In this document: piece after piece, positions 1-14,100 of the stretch
Layout: every line of letters begins with the position of its first letter
Position numbering within the stretch: position 1 is the first letter of the stretch
From: Cycas panzhihuaensis
Taxonomy: Eukaryota > Plantae > Cycadophyta
Reading direction: 5' to 3'
Length of the DNA: 64,000 nucleotides
Assembly: GCA_023213395.1 (NCBI GenBank)
Contig: CM041465.1
Coordinates: 205,909,741 to 205,973,740 of the forward strand
Made by a program: the position numbers and the translations under genes
Notes under the pieces: generated by a model
What the model was told of the DNA's origin: nothing
Databases searched by the model: none
The model's input: only the letters and a program-made list of their open reading frames with translations

Positions 1-48
1 ATTATTTTGTCGTTTGAAATAAAGGTTGGGGTCACTAACACATTTAGT

Positions 49-3000
49 TTAACCATTTTGAAGAAGATAGTTATCTATTTTAATGTACCAAGCACGAGGG
101 GCTTGTTTAAGACCATAGAAAGATTTTTTTAGTTTGTAGACAAGGTTAGGATTAGAAATAAAACCAAGAGGTTGGGACATATAGATTTCTTCATTAAGAT
201 CGTTGTTTAGAAAAGCACTCTTAACTTCCATTTGATATATTTGCTAGCCAAATTTGACTGTAAGAGCAATAATAGTTTTAATTGTATTCATCTTCATAAT
301 AGGAGCAAAAGTTTCGGTATAATCAATACCATCTATTTGAGAGAAACCTTTAACTACCAAGCATGCCTTATGTTTTTCTACGACTCCTTCAGAGTTGTAT
401 TTAGTTTGGTAAACCCATTTGTAGTCTACCAGTTTTTTACCTGTTGGTAGTGGTACTAAATCCCAAGTTAAATTCTTTTGAAGATCTTCATACTCTGTTT
501 GCATGGCTTGTTGCCATACAAGATTGTTATAAGCTTCCTTAAATGTTTTAGGATCATTATTGGCCATTAGGGCAAAGTTAACTTGTAATATTTGCGATCT
601 GGCTTTTTTGGTATCTGAAGGATTACTAGCCTTAGAACTAGCAGCAGAAAGGGTTTTTTGTACCCATTTTGGTTTTTTACTTATATAAGGTTGATTTGAA
701 AAAGATGGATTATATTCATTAGATTCTGTTAGAATCCAATTTTAGACTTGTGTAGATAGATTTTCAATAATTTTGTTTTCAATTTGTTTTTCTGTAGGTT
801 AAGTTGGTATAGTGTTGGTTAAAAGATTTTCGACAGGAAGTTCAATTTGATTAGGGCTGGAGTTTGATGAAGGTTCTTTTTCATCAATAATAACATAACG
901 CATAATTGAAATAGTGTGCGTGATGGGATCTAGTCACTTGTAAGCTTTGCTTTCTTCATTGTATCCAACGAAGATAAGCCTTGAGCTTTTAGGATTTAGC
1001 TTTTTACGTTTTTCCTTTGGAACATGTCCCCAAGTAGTGCTTCCAAAGACTTTAAGATATTTTATAGATGGTTTACGACTAGACCACTTTTGTTCTGGTG
1101 TAACATTTTGTAAGGCTTTGGTTGGTAATCTGTTTAGCAGATAATTAGAGCAAACTATTGCTTTAATCTACAATTTTAAATCAAGACCTTTTGCATGTAA
1201 CATGTATCTGGTCATTTCAACCGAGGTACGGTTCTTGCATTCAACAACACCATGTTGTTGGAGAGTGTAGGCAACAGAATGTTGAAATCTTATTTTGTGC
1301 TTTTTATAGAAAGATATGAATTCATTACTTAAATATTCTTTGGTATTATCTGATCTAAAGATTTTAATTTTAAAGTTAGATTGATTTTCAACCAAAGTTT
1401 TAAATTCAACAAAAATATTAAACACCTGATTTTAATTCTTAAGCGTATAAACCCAACACTTTTTAGAGAAATCATTGATAAAGGTTACAAAGTATTTGCT
1501 TCCAAAATATGATGGTACTTAAAAATGATTGCAAATATCTAAATGGACAAGTTCGAGCGATGATTTTGCTCAAAATGAGGTTTGATGGGGGAAAGGGCCC
1601 ATGTGTTTACCTATTACATAGGCTTCACAAACACCATAAATCGTGGATAAGGGAAGGAAACCATGAACCATGTCATGTCGGTTTAGGTAACACAATTTTC
1701 CATAACTTGTATGGCAAAATCGTGCGTGCCATAGCTTACTAATAGGATTTGAGTTAGTTATGAAGGCAGTGAAAGATTTAGATTTAGAATGATTTAAGTT
1801 TATTAAATTGTAAATACTTGTTTTATGGTCAACAGGTCCTGAAGCAATAGGTTTAAATTTATTAAAAGGTTGTTTAATAACAAATTTATCTTTCCAGAAT
1901 TCAACAACAAGCTCCTTCTTGCAGATTTGATATACAAATAATAGATTGAGCAAATAACCTAGAAACATGAAAAACATCATTGACAGAAACATTTTTCAAG
2001 GTTACATCACTAATTCCTTTAACTTTCAATTGGGAACCACTTTTGAAAGAGATTTTTTCTTTGGAATTGGAATAAGGTTGATAAGTAGATAAGTATTCTT
2101 GGTGTCTTGTCATATGGTGGGAAGCATTAGAATCTAATATCCAAGAAAGTGGTTGGGTGGTAGGAGTAGAAAAAGTAGTAGTAGTAGTAGTTAAAGAATT
2201 GTGAAAATTATGGGATCGTGATTGGATTCCTTTTGAAACGTTCCTTGCTTTGGATGTTATTCTATTCCTACAAACATTTATCGTGTGTCCCTTTCTATTG
2301 TAGTAGGTACAACTGATGTTTTGATTGTTATTAGGCTTAAAATTATTTTTTGTTTGAAATGTTTGTCTAGGTGAGTTTTGATTTTTTGATGATCTCGAAT
2401 ATTTAGGATTTTGATTATAATTATTATTTGAGGTAGAGCTACTATGAGGTTTTTGAGATTTGCAATAACTATTGTGATTATTTTGTTGATTGTTTTGGTT
2501 TCGAGGTTTGTTTTGTGGCTTTGTTTTGGAAAAAAGGACCTAAGAAAGATCTTGAATTTTTCTGGTTTGGATTAACATTGTCTGGTATTTAACCAGTTGG
2601 TTTGCTAATTGATTAAATGAAATGCAGGGGGGGGGTGCCCACACTACTGTCTAGTAGTTTTATATTGATTGAAAGTTTTCGGAAGTTTGTTAATGGCAAG
2701 ACGGACGGTGTGTCATCGTATTTTGCATGAGTTATAGTTATGGTTTTATCACTTTCTTTCACTACAGATTTAATGCAATTTCATAAATCTACATTTTTAA
2801 GTTGAAGATTGGATAAGAACTCCTCAACTCTAGAAAAATCTTTATATTTTAAATCATACATCTTTTGCTCAAGAATAGTGACTTGAGTTGCATCTACCTT
2901 ATCGTATTTTTCTTTGACTTAGACGGTGGCAAGTTCATTTGTATCATTGAATTGCTTACGTATGTCTGACGAGAGAGAGGTTAAGATGGTGCTTAGGGCT

Positions 3001-3200
3001 CCATCGCAATTCATCAGATAAACCATATAGGCATCTGACTTAGTATCTATAGTTTTCACAAACTCTCCAGTCACGTACTGCCAAAGCTTTTGTTGTTTAT
3101 GCTAGTCAGATACTTTGACTTTCCAGTTTGCAAAATTTGTGCCGTTTAAAACTGGAATTGCATGGAGGAGGTTGTCTTTGGCATAATAGCCATTTTGGGA
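49..3200 (-). pseudogene. Degenerate Copia gag-pol polyprotein (gag, PR, INT, RT start)
   Basis: ORF-track fragments with Copia motifs, broken by stops and frameshifts. Confidence 0.9.
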
Positions 3201-5003
3201 AGGAAAACTTATGTAAAGAGATCCTCTTTGATGATGGTAAAAAATAAAATAAAAGATAAGGTAAATGTAAAAAGATAAACTTCCAAATAGAATAATTAAG
3301 CCACAAATACACAATAGTTTCATTTCCAAACTAAAATAAAATGACATTAATTTAATGAAAATAAGGATGCATAAGTATTTTGTAAATAAATTGTGTAATT
3401 TGTAAACAAATGGAGGGGTTATCCCTTTTAAACAATATTATTAATTAATTGTAATTATTTTTGAAATTATGTTCTCAAGCATACATATTGAAAATTAAAT
3501 CAAATTTAAAATAAATTTACATAAATTATAAACTTGTTTGCAGAAAATAACATTAAGAATAATAATTAAATTAATTGTAGATAAATTAAATGAATTTATT
3601 AAAAAATGAGTGATAAAATAATGTGATTAATTTATCAAATCAATAAATAATTAATAACATTAAATTGAATTAAAAATGTTGAAAAAATTATAAAAATTTT
3701 TGATGAATTAAAACACACAGTTGTATTTACTTGGTTGCGGTCGATTCCGTTGACTTTGATTGAAGTGTTTGCTGTCAAAACGGCTTTAGAAACACTCGAG
3801 TGACTAGTCAAATCAAAGACGTTTGAGTCAGGAATCCAACACAACTTTTGGATCTGGATTTTGACTCCAAGCGGTGAAGATATGGCAAAAAATGCATAGA
3901 TAACCCTTTTGAAAATTGAGGGGGGGGGGGGGGGGGCTAAAAATTAAGGGGTTAAGCCCCTTTTACATTTGAAACAGGATCGTATGGGGGGCCAATAGGA
4001 TTGGAGCCTAGCAGTATAGGGGGTTAACATACCTGAAACTCAAATGAGGCGGATTTAATAGTTTTTGATAATGCCAAAAAGATTAAATAAGAATTAATAA
4101 CTATTTGACGTCCATTTGAAGGCAAAAAATAAAACTATGTAAAACATACAAAATGTTTTGTCAAATATTTAGGGTTTCATAGGGCAATTTTCTCTGCGCG
4201 ATAATTTTGAGCAGCTGTAGCGAATTTTTGCGTGAATCATCCTTTGCATGTAGACTTTGTCGATTGATTAACATTTTATGGCATCTCAATGATGATAACT
4301 ACAAGCATAACGATGAGGATTTCTGCATGTGATGGCATCTCGTGTGTCTACGTTATGAAGTTTGTGTGCAAATTTAGGCGTTCAATCGATTGCTGAATGC
4401 GGTCCGATCTCTCTTCAGTTTGCATTTGCATCTATACAGGTGCTTGTGCATTTTCTTGCAATGGGGTTTATAGCTTCAAGTGCGTCCTTGATTTAGAGAC
4501 ATTTTTGCGCATTGAAGATTTTATTGGGATTTTTGTATGGTGTTGTTTCTGCATGATTTTCTACGTTTGAGTTTCGTGCTCAGTTCAACAAGTTCTTCTC
4601 GGTTGCCTTCGACTTTATGCATTTTGTCCTGCTTGCTTTGTACGGCCTCCACGGCGTTCGTTTAAATTATGTCTATGCTAATAGATGTTTTGAGTTCTAT
4701 TTCGTTAGTGGCATGCTTTGTGTGAAGCGTCTTCTTTTAGCTACTACTTTTGATGGTGTTTGCGACTGCGTATTCTTATCAATAAATGAAGGAAGGTAGA
4801 CTCTGCCCATTACTGGAGATGATTGGCCATACAAATAGAGAGATTCAACTCCATACTGCTCACACTGGCTCAGGATAGAATTGGAGATTGAATTTTGATT
4901 TGATGAGTGGACCACATATAACTTGGTTTGATCTCACTTGCAGGATAAATTTTCTTCAATATTCCTCTATAAACGTGAAGAATTCTTCAAAATTTTTAAA
5001 CCC

Positions 5004-5015
5004 GCTCTGATACCA
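5004..5015 (-). promoter_or_regulatory. Primer-binding site (tRNA-iMet) of Copia 1
   Basis: Reverse complement is TGGTATCAGAGC, directly adjacent to the LTR end. Confidence 0.9.
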
Positions 5016-5254
5016 TGTTGGAGAGAGGGTAAATTTGCACAAAATCAATCAAATTGTATACATAATCATTCACAATTTACACAAGTGATTTGGCAGGTGG
5101 AAAACCCTTCCAAGGAAGAAAACCCACCTTAGAAATATAGTATTTTATTAATATAACATTGTCAAAATGCATGTGTATATAATGAGGATCTCATTCTCTT
5201 TCTTGTAACGTCATCCTAACCAGGATATTCAGCCAATGTAGCCAACCCAACATC

Positions 5255-8200
5255 TGTTAGAATTCAAACATAGATTGGAAAATAATCAGTGCTTTATTAT
5301 GAGAGAGGTTCTCTATATATACATTTGAGAAATTATAACCACCTTGTATCTAATTGACACATGGTAGACACTTGTTTATGTTACATAAAGAGGGGTTTTT
5401 ACATGACCCTTAACTAATCCTACATAAAACATTATATTCTAACACCCTCTCTTAATGTTTTATCTATTCAATCCTATGTTATCTCTAAGGACTTGAAATT
5501 TGTCCTTGTTGAGTGGTTTTGTCAAGATGTCTACAACTTGCTCATTTGTTAGGCAATATGTCAAGTCAATTTCCTTGTTCTGCACTTTTTCTCGTATGAA
5601 GTGGTGATGCACTTCAATGTGCTTTGTTCGAGCATGGAGAACTAGATTCTTGGTTAGTTTGATGACACTCTAATTATCAAAAATAGGGTCGTCGAACCTT
5701 CTTGCTGCTGATCTAAATCTGACAGAAGTTGTCTCAACCAGACTACTTCATATGAGGCACTAACTGTTGCCTTATATTCTGCTTTAGTGGATGAGAGTGC
5801 AATTGTAGATTGTTGTTTGTTGTTCCACGAGATAGCTACTGATCCAAGGAAGAAGCAATAACTACTTGTTGATCTTCTCTTCTCTTTGTCTCCTACCCAA
5901 TCTGAATCATAATATCCAATTAGTTTATTTGTCTTCATTCTTGGATATGTAAGTTTTAGATCAGTGGTTCCTTTCAGGTATCTAAGTATCCTTTTGACAG
6001 CTTGCCAGTGTCTCATCTTTGGTTCTTGCATATATTTAGAGACTAGACTTACCGAATATGAGATATTAGGTCTAGTTGCAGTGAGATATATCAAGCTACC
6101 AATTAATTGTCTGTATAACATGCCATCGACTGTAGGTTCCCTTTCATCTGGAGTCAGATCACAGTTGGTTTCCATGGGTGTTGCACAACTGTTGTTGTTC
6201 TCATCTTGAATTTCATTAATAGATTTTTTATGTATTTGCTTTGAGATAATGAGATTGAGTCTTTCTTTTGATTGACTTCAATTCCTAAATAATAATTCAA
6301 AAGTCCTAAATCTGTCATCTCAAAGTTTTTTTCCAATTAAGCTTTGATATTGGCTATTAGCTTTGTATCACTTCCTGTAAGAATCATGTCATCCACATAA
6401 ACTACAATTATTGCGATTTGTCCTTGTCTCCTTTTTGCATACAAATTGGAGTCAAAGTTGCATCTGAGAAACCCATTTTGAGTGAGGTATTTGTCCAGTT
6501 TGGCATACCAGGCTCTTGGGGCTTGCTTCAACCTATATAGTGCCTTTTTCAATTTGCATACAAGATTTTCTTAACCAAGTTGAACATACCCTTCTGGTTG
6601 TTTCATGTAGACTTCTTCTTCAGAAAGGCACTCTTCACATCCAATTGGTAGATTTTCCAGTTGTGTTGAGCTGCCAAAGCAATTGCTATTCTCACAGTGT
6701 CCAATTTTGCTACTGGTGAGAAAGTTTCTTCATAGTCTATTCCAGTTGTCTGTGTATAGCCCTTCGCTACTGGCCTAGCTTTATATTTCTCTATCTTGCC
6801 ATCAATGTTCTTTATCTTGTATACCCACTTGCAATTGATTACGAGGTAGGTTAGCCAGTTCCCAAGTCTAATTCTTGGAGATAGACTCCATTTCAACATC
6901 CATTGCAGCTTGCCATTCCTCATGTCCTTTTGCTTCCTCAAAGGATTGTGGTTCTGCGTTGCTAAATAGAGTTTGATGCTTTTGGCTTCTCATTCAGTGA
7001 GTGAACAAATCCCCTTTGCCTTCTTCAACTGTCTTGAGGTACCATTTTGGTACCCATTTTTCTTTTTTTTTCTCTTCTTCAGTGATTGAGCCTTTTGAAG
7101 ACAGTTCTTCCTTTTAGTAGTTGAACTTTCATGCGTTTGTGATGCCCTCTCTGAATCATTAGGTTCTGTATCTTTTGAAGTAACTCCAAAGATTTTTTCT
7201 GTAAGGGGTTCTTCTTGAGATACCCTTTTCGAAGTTTCTTCGATTATTTGATGAATTGAAGCATCCTTTATGATATCTCCTTTGTTAAAGACAACATCTC
7301 TGCTTATACAAATCTTATTTATTTTAGGATCTATGCATTTATAGGCCTTTGAAGTCTTATTGTAGCCTATCATTATGCATTCTATACTTTTGGAGTCAAG
7401 TTTGGACCTCATTTTGTCTGGTATATGAACAAATGCTTGACATCCAAATATTCTTAGATTACTTACGTCTGGTTTGATTCTAGTCCATGCTTCTTTCAGA
7501 GTAATTTGCTCCAAGGCTTTTGTTGGACTTCGGTTTATAAGATAAGTAGTTGTGATAACTACTTCAGCCCAATAGATTTTTGAGATCTGCCTGTCTTCGA
7601 TCATGCTCCAAGCCATCTCTATAATTGTCCCATTCTTGTGTTCAACAACTCCATTGGACTAAGATGTGTAAGGAGCTGTGAATTGTCTGTGTATTCCATG
7701 TGCCTTGCAGAAATTCAAAAAAATCTTTCGAAATATATTCTCCTCCACCATCTGACCTGATGCATTTTATTCTTGATTCGGATTCTAATTTAACTTCTAC
7801 TTTGAATTCTTTAAACTTTTCGAAAACTTCGGATTTACCATAGAGAAAATAAATCCAAATTTCCTAGAAAAGTTAGCAATGAATGTTAAAAAATATCTGG
7901 TGCCATTAATTGAGTAAGGAGTAAGAGGTCCACATAGGTTAGTATGTATCAATTCCAGCTTATTTTGAACTCGCCATTCATTTTTCTTGAAAGGGTGATG
8001 GTGTTGTTTTCTAAGATGACAACTTTTACAAACAAAATGATGAAATACAATATTTGGAAGACCACCAACCATTTGTGATTTTTGTGGTTGAGCTAGTCTA
8101 TCTATGGAGATGTGCCCATACTTCAAATGCCACAATTTATTATTATCAATATTGGCTACAGTGTATGCCTTTACATGCTTATTGGCAACTATAGGATCAG

Positions 8201-10406
8201 AAAATAGTCTATATAGATCATTACTTTCTATCCCTTTTGCAATTACATCACCATTTTTCTTCATATCTAGAATATAACAATGTCCTCCTTCATCGAATAT
8301 CATCCTCAACTTTTTCTTTCCTAGCTGAGAGACAGATAGAAGATTCTTTTTTAGACCAGGTACAAAAAGTACATTTCCAATTTTCTGCACTGCACCTTTT
8401 ACTTTAGCAGCTATGGTACCTATGCCTTTGATATTCAGAGGATACTTGTCTTCTAATTCAACAGATTTATTTGGGATGTAGGGTTTTAGTGATTCGAACC
8501 AGTCCTCTCGCCTTGTCATATGCCTTGAAGCTCTAGAGCTGATGTACCATATCTCGTCATCTTCGAGATTGACTGTCAGTGCAACAATAAAGGCTATCTC
8601 TTCTTCATCTTCATCAACCTGCTCTTTGTTGGAATTCCCCACAGGTCTTTCCCCTCTCTGGATCTCAACTTTTCTTTGCTGGCACTGGTAGGGATAATGT
8701 TCAGGTTGTTTATAATGGTAGCAGATGTCAAAAGCCCTGCATTTGCTTGAGAAGTGACCAAGCTTGCCACAATTGAGGCAGACTCTAGCATCATGAGGAG
8801 GATTCGAGCGGTCTCGTCCTTTGTTCTCTTGTCATCTTCCACAAGACTAACTTCTATTAGGGGTACGAGAATGTCCTCGACCTTGTCCTCTTCCTTTGGG
8901 TCCTATATTGAGTTTGGTTTCAAACACATCCTCAATTTCTGTCCCATCTTCATAATGCTTATTCGTTTGCTCCTGTCTTAGAAGTAATCCTGTTAGAGTA
9001 TCCAAAGACTTTATTTCAATTTGATCATTGTTGGTTATGGTATTGACTGTGACATCGAATGCCTTTGTCAATTTACTTGCAACCATTTCAACAACCTCCT
9101 GTTTCGAAGTATCTGCGCCTGCACTTAGTAAATCATTTCTAACTGAAATGACTCTGAATTAATTTTGAGACAGTTTCTATCTCTTTCATATATAGTTTGA
9201 ACAAATCTTCTTTAAGGGCTATAGTTCTGGCCCTGTTTTTTTGGCTATACTTATTTTCAAATATTTTTCAGATTGCAGATGAGGAGTTCATTTTCTCAAC
9301 ATAGACAAGGAGAGGGTCAAAAATTGAGAGTTTCAAGGTTATCACACCTATGTTGTCCCTTTCTTCCCAATTTGCCTGGGCAACACCAACAGCTTTAGGT
9401 TTTGATTCCTTCCCAATTGCTAATCGCCAAACATTTTTGGCTCTAAGTAGTGTTTCAATGTTAGTTTTCCAAACATTATAGTTAGTTTCTGTTAATTTAG
9501 CTTGGTCAGTAAGAGCCAGAATGAATGTAGCCATGTTTGAACTAATGGACAGTATGATGTAGCTCTGACCATATGATTGTATGAATTTCCGTACAAAAAT
9601 GTAGGTGTACGGAATTGGGGGGGGGGACCCAAAATGTAGATCTCCTCTAGGTGAGTCTGAATATGTAATTGATTTTTCAAGTTGGCTTCTGGTTTGATTG
9701 GAAAATGGCTTGAAAGTAGAAAACCAATGACTAGGGTTTTGAAGAAATTTGCTTAAAACTTAAAAAATTCTCAATTAAACCCTTTGAAACTAGTATCAAT
9801 AGAAGCGTCTTAAAGAGATAGACAAAACTTGATAGGTTTTACTTGGAATGAAGTCTCGTTTTGGTTGAAATCTTTGATCAACTCTCCAAACTTGCGTGAC
9901 TGTGTTTTTGGCAAAATGAGCCTAAAAACTGCTTCAAATGCCTTCGATCTTGTTGAGAAAAAAGTTCACGACGTCGAGATCTTCTTATTGGTTAAATTTC
10001 AAAGGATTCTGAGCACTATCAATTTTTCGCATCCATACATCTGTACAGTTTCATACCATTCGTACAATGGCTTCGTTTGTCTTCTATTTCATTGAGAAAC
10101 TTCTTCTTCTGTCAAATATCCTTTTTATTGATGCTTGACAATTGATGTCTAACACAAAAACTTTGTCTTCTTTCAACAGAACCCCTCTCTTAGTTAGGCA
10201 TACTGGCCTACTCTGATACCATGTTAGAATTCAAACACAGATTGGAGAAAAATTAGTGCTTTATTATGAGAGATGTTCTTTATATATGCGTTTGAGAAAT
10301 TATAATCACCATGTATTTGATTGACATGTGGCAGACACTTGTTTATGTTACATAAAGAGGGGATTTTACATGACCCTTAACTAACCCTAGATAAAACATT
10401 ATATCA
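5255..10406 (-). mobile_element. Ty1/Copia LTR retrotransposon 2, full-length but degenerate, ~190-bp LTRs, nested in the LTR of Copia 1
   Basis: LTRs at 5255-5444 and 10222-~10406. PPT (ATTAAGAGAGGG on minus) next to 5445; PBS at 10210-10221. Gag 8594-9534, PR/GAG-pre/INT 6990-8642, RT with YVDD (6337-6552), RNase H YYDSDW (5654-6175). TSD is weak (ACATC/AGATT). Confidence 0.92.
5480..9534 (-). pseudogene. Degenerate Copia gag-pol of element 2
   Basis: All Copia domains are recognisable in the ORF track, with multiple frameshifts. Confidence 0.92.
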
Positions 10407-11159
10407 AGATTCTCGAATAATTAATTCGAGAAGATAAGCCAAAGTTCGTTGAATGGACAACAGTCCATTTCACCAAACTTTTAATAAATAATAATTAAAT
10501 ACATAATATAAAGTTTATAAAAGGTAACATTACAACTTTATAACATTAATATAAAACATTATTTCTAACATTCCTAAAGTGGTTAAGGGTAGTAGACTCA
10601 AGCCTTACCACAGTTAGGGTAGGGTATCTTTGGAACCAACCGACCAGTGTATTATAACATGCTGTTGGAGTTGAGGAGAACCAAGGTTGTCCTAGTGTCG
10701 AGAATTCTTGATTTTATCTTCTAAAATTAAAAAAAAAAAAAAAAAAAAACCATAAAATCAACCATAACTCTCATCTTTTAAATAAATAATGTGCTAAGCA
10801 AAGTAATGACTTAAACTGACGATGTATTTAAGCCAAGCAACCAAGTTTAAGCCGATATTCCAAGCATTCTAGTTGTTAAGTCACCACTCCAATGTGTCAA
10901 GTCACCATTCCAATGTGTTAGGTCATTGTTTTGGTAAACTTTAAATAACTTCTCTAGGGATGAATTTCTACAACAAGAACTAGAAGAGGAATTAGTAGAA
11001 ATGCTCTCCCCATAACATTTTCTAGCATATTGGGACTTATGGGAGGGGACATCATGGGCAATGGAAGCCATGGTTAGAAAATCCAACAGATGAAATTCCT
11101 ATTAGATTGGACTCATGATGAATGGAATTGACAAATGAGTTTGGAAATAGTAATAAATT

Positions 11160-14100
11160 TGTTAGAAAATTGGGTTTGACATCATGCAAGAGGAATATCA
11201 AACACACGAGATAATGCTTTGTTAGAAGATTCCATAAGTGCTTAGATGTCATGTTAAAAATATTATACAAGAATCTATGATATGATGATGAGGAAAAATG
11301 AAATATGCTCCAATGTTAAGTGCAAAAGAAATTGGAAGAATGATCAATCTTCATCTATCACATTAGAAAAGGTACATATTTATAGATATATATCACCTCA
11401 TTGAGGACTAATGAGATTGGAAAACCTTTAACATAACTTATGAGAAGACATGAAGATGTGAGCTATAACACACATTTCAATAATGCTCACACATTAAGAA
11501 TCTTCATAGGTGTGCACCTCTTTAAGATTATTATGCACAATATTTGAGGGTTCATTAATTAAATAATTACAATAATAATAAATTGATCATAGATTAAATA
11601 TTATTCTCCAACACTCCTCCATAATGTTTAATTGTTTTGCTTTGTCTGGTTACGTTACCAAATTAATTGTCTTCTTTGTTAAACTGCTTTGAGTGTTCTT
11701 TCATTTTGTTTTTGTTCCTCTTCTCCAATTCCTGAGAAGAAACTCAACTTCACCTTTGCTTGGACTTACAACATTAGGTTTATGACCTCACAAAGTGATC
11801 GACTTGTCTTGGGTGTCTACTTGCCACCATCTGCATCAACAAAGTACAAGTATCTAACAATTGACTATTGCTCACCTTGAGTAAACTTCTTGTAATTCCT
11901 ATAACCATCCATGTAGAATATCCCAAACATTAATTCACTGCATGATTTCAATTAATTGAACTACATGCAAGGGCCAAATTGAAGCACTTTACAACTTTCA
12001 CAAATGCAAATGCATCCCATCTCTAATGTGACATTTCCACCACATTACTTCACATTTAAAATATGTTCTTCAAATGAGCACTTCTTTGTTGGAACCATAA
12101 TAACAATTTGTGGAATAAAAAATGTCTCAAAAGTAATATGACTAGTCTTAATTAGCAAAAGTTTTAATTTCTAACTTAGGTGTGTTTTTGAAAATTCTAA
12201 ATGACTTGTTTTTGGGCTAGGATTTGCAGTAGCTTTGTTTTGCTTCATGTAATCAGGTGCTAACAGTTTAGGGGCTTTGAAATGGACTTCTCAGAGTTAT
12301 CAAATATAGCTTAATTTCTCACTACACTAGAAAAACTGAATTTTGGCACAGATTTATGGCCGTTCAAATTTCTAGCATACTACATTCAGATCTGTAATTG
12401 TGTTTGTATCGTCGAATTCATGGGCATGCTTCTATTGTAATTTGTAGCATCTGTGATCAAATTTTGGAGTTGCTTTGTGATATTGTCTGGTTTATAAGCA
12501 ACTAGACTATTATTATCATTGCGTTTGGTATTCACAATGGTCTTTGCAATGCTATCCACCAATTATGCCCTATACATGGACCTCTCAATGAGTTGCAATT
12601 TTCACATGTATAACTATGCTCAAGAATTCAATGTTTCTTCAATGTGTCCTACATGGGCTTCACCTTAGACCAAATGTAGTTTTTTGGCCCCTTCTTCATG
12701 CATTCAATATGGCCATACATTTTGGCATTCTGCTCCCCTTATTAATGTTTGCTTGTTTTCAAATCTTGCACAACATCTTCTTCATAGATTTGCTCGTAAT
12801 AACCCATGTCTTTAGATTTTCTCGCACTTCATGGTGTGTTTGTTTTTTATCTTCATGGCCCTAATCATGTGCTTCATGTCCATTGTGGGTTTGTCAATTC
12901 ACATCCTACGATCTTCCTTTCTTTCAGGGATTTGCTACTTGTCACACAGAGTCTACTTTCTCCATGTAATATTTGTGCCTCAACCTTTGTTCTCATGTCT
13001 TAACCCTAATCTTCAACTACAAATCGCAATTTGTGGGTTTTTGTTATAGACTTCCATGTCTCATTTTCCTTTTGAGCATACAACTCCACTTTTCTAGAGT
13101 TTCATGGATTATTCAAAATTATCGAATTGCCATTGTCTTAGCAGCATTCCTCCTCATGGGCATCTCTGAGTTTGCTTTGTTGCCCATAAATCATCGCCAT
13201 AGCAAGGTGATCAAGCCTACATGCACGATCTTCTCACACAAACTATCAACACTCACTTCCCAATTGACATAGGGTACTCCTCTTCAACAATAGGTCATTG
13301 TGATGCCATTTCATGCCCATAACTATAACTCAACTATCTCCACAGTATGTGAGACTCGATCTTGTCATTTGTCCTATATGCCCCTAGCAAAATAGAAACT
13401 AAAATAATTGAGATTGTGGACCCAAATTTAATATCTTTGCATGCTATATATAGGTGTGCCACATGCATAAATATTAGCCCGCTAAATCAATTTCTAAAAT
13501 GGTCTCACCATAGATTTGAGATCCAAGATTTAAAGCTCACTTGTTCCATACTCATCCATCATATCAGGCAAATAACTTTTACAAATAGGTCTCTTGGAAC
13601 ACCTCCAAACAAGCACAATTAATGCATCTGCAAGATACCGAGCTTGTAGGATGCATCCAACTATCAGAGGACTCTGACATGGATACAACGGTTGACATCT
13701 TTATGCCAATCGATCTTTGCCTACTTCTAGTAGTTGCTATAAAGAAATCTATGGTGTCCAACAATCAAACAAATCAATCCATAATTTAGTTATGACATCT
13801 ATATAGTTTGCAACTATCATCAAATCGCATGGATAATTAATCATTGTACTCACAGCTTTATAAATGCATTCTAGACATGAGGCTTGTCATGCTTACAAAT
13901 GGAACTTCATAAGAAACAAACCATTGGCTCTGGCAATCAAACCATAGGCTTCAAAGATTATACCAAGAGCTCTGAGACCATGTTAAAAAATTGAGTTTGA
14001 CATCTTGCAAGATGAATATCAAACACTCAAGATAATACCATGTTAGAAAATTATAGAAGTGCTTAGATATCATGTTAAAGATATTATACGAGAATCTATT

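Larger units (their letters stand above)
1..10570 (-). mobile_element. Ty1/Copia LTR retrotransposon 1, degenerate, 3' part outside window; 5' LTR split by Copia 2
   Basis: Minus-strand fragments in Copia order: gag (~2200-3200, LNGTNFANWK), protease (1901-2113), GAG-pre-integrase (LWHARFCH), integrase (IKIFRSDN..EY, 1168-1425), RT (244-567; [11 protein letters not shown] 49-231). PBS GCTCTGATACCA at 5004-5015. LTR starts TGTTGG at 5016 and probably resumes at ~10407, ending TTCTAACA at 10570. Confidence 0.85.

Noticed and set aside
3920-3936. Poly-G run (also ~2627 and ~9617) as a G-quadruplex element
   Set aside because: Simple homopolymers of uncertain length, with no supporting structure.
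4760-4950. Possible captured host fragment in the long leader of Copia 1
   Set aside because: Compositionally distinct, but no protein or RNA motif could be recognised; needs BLASTN.
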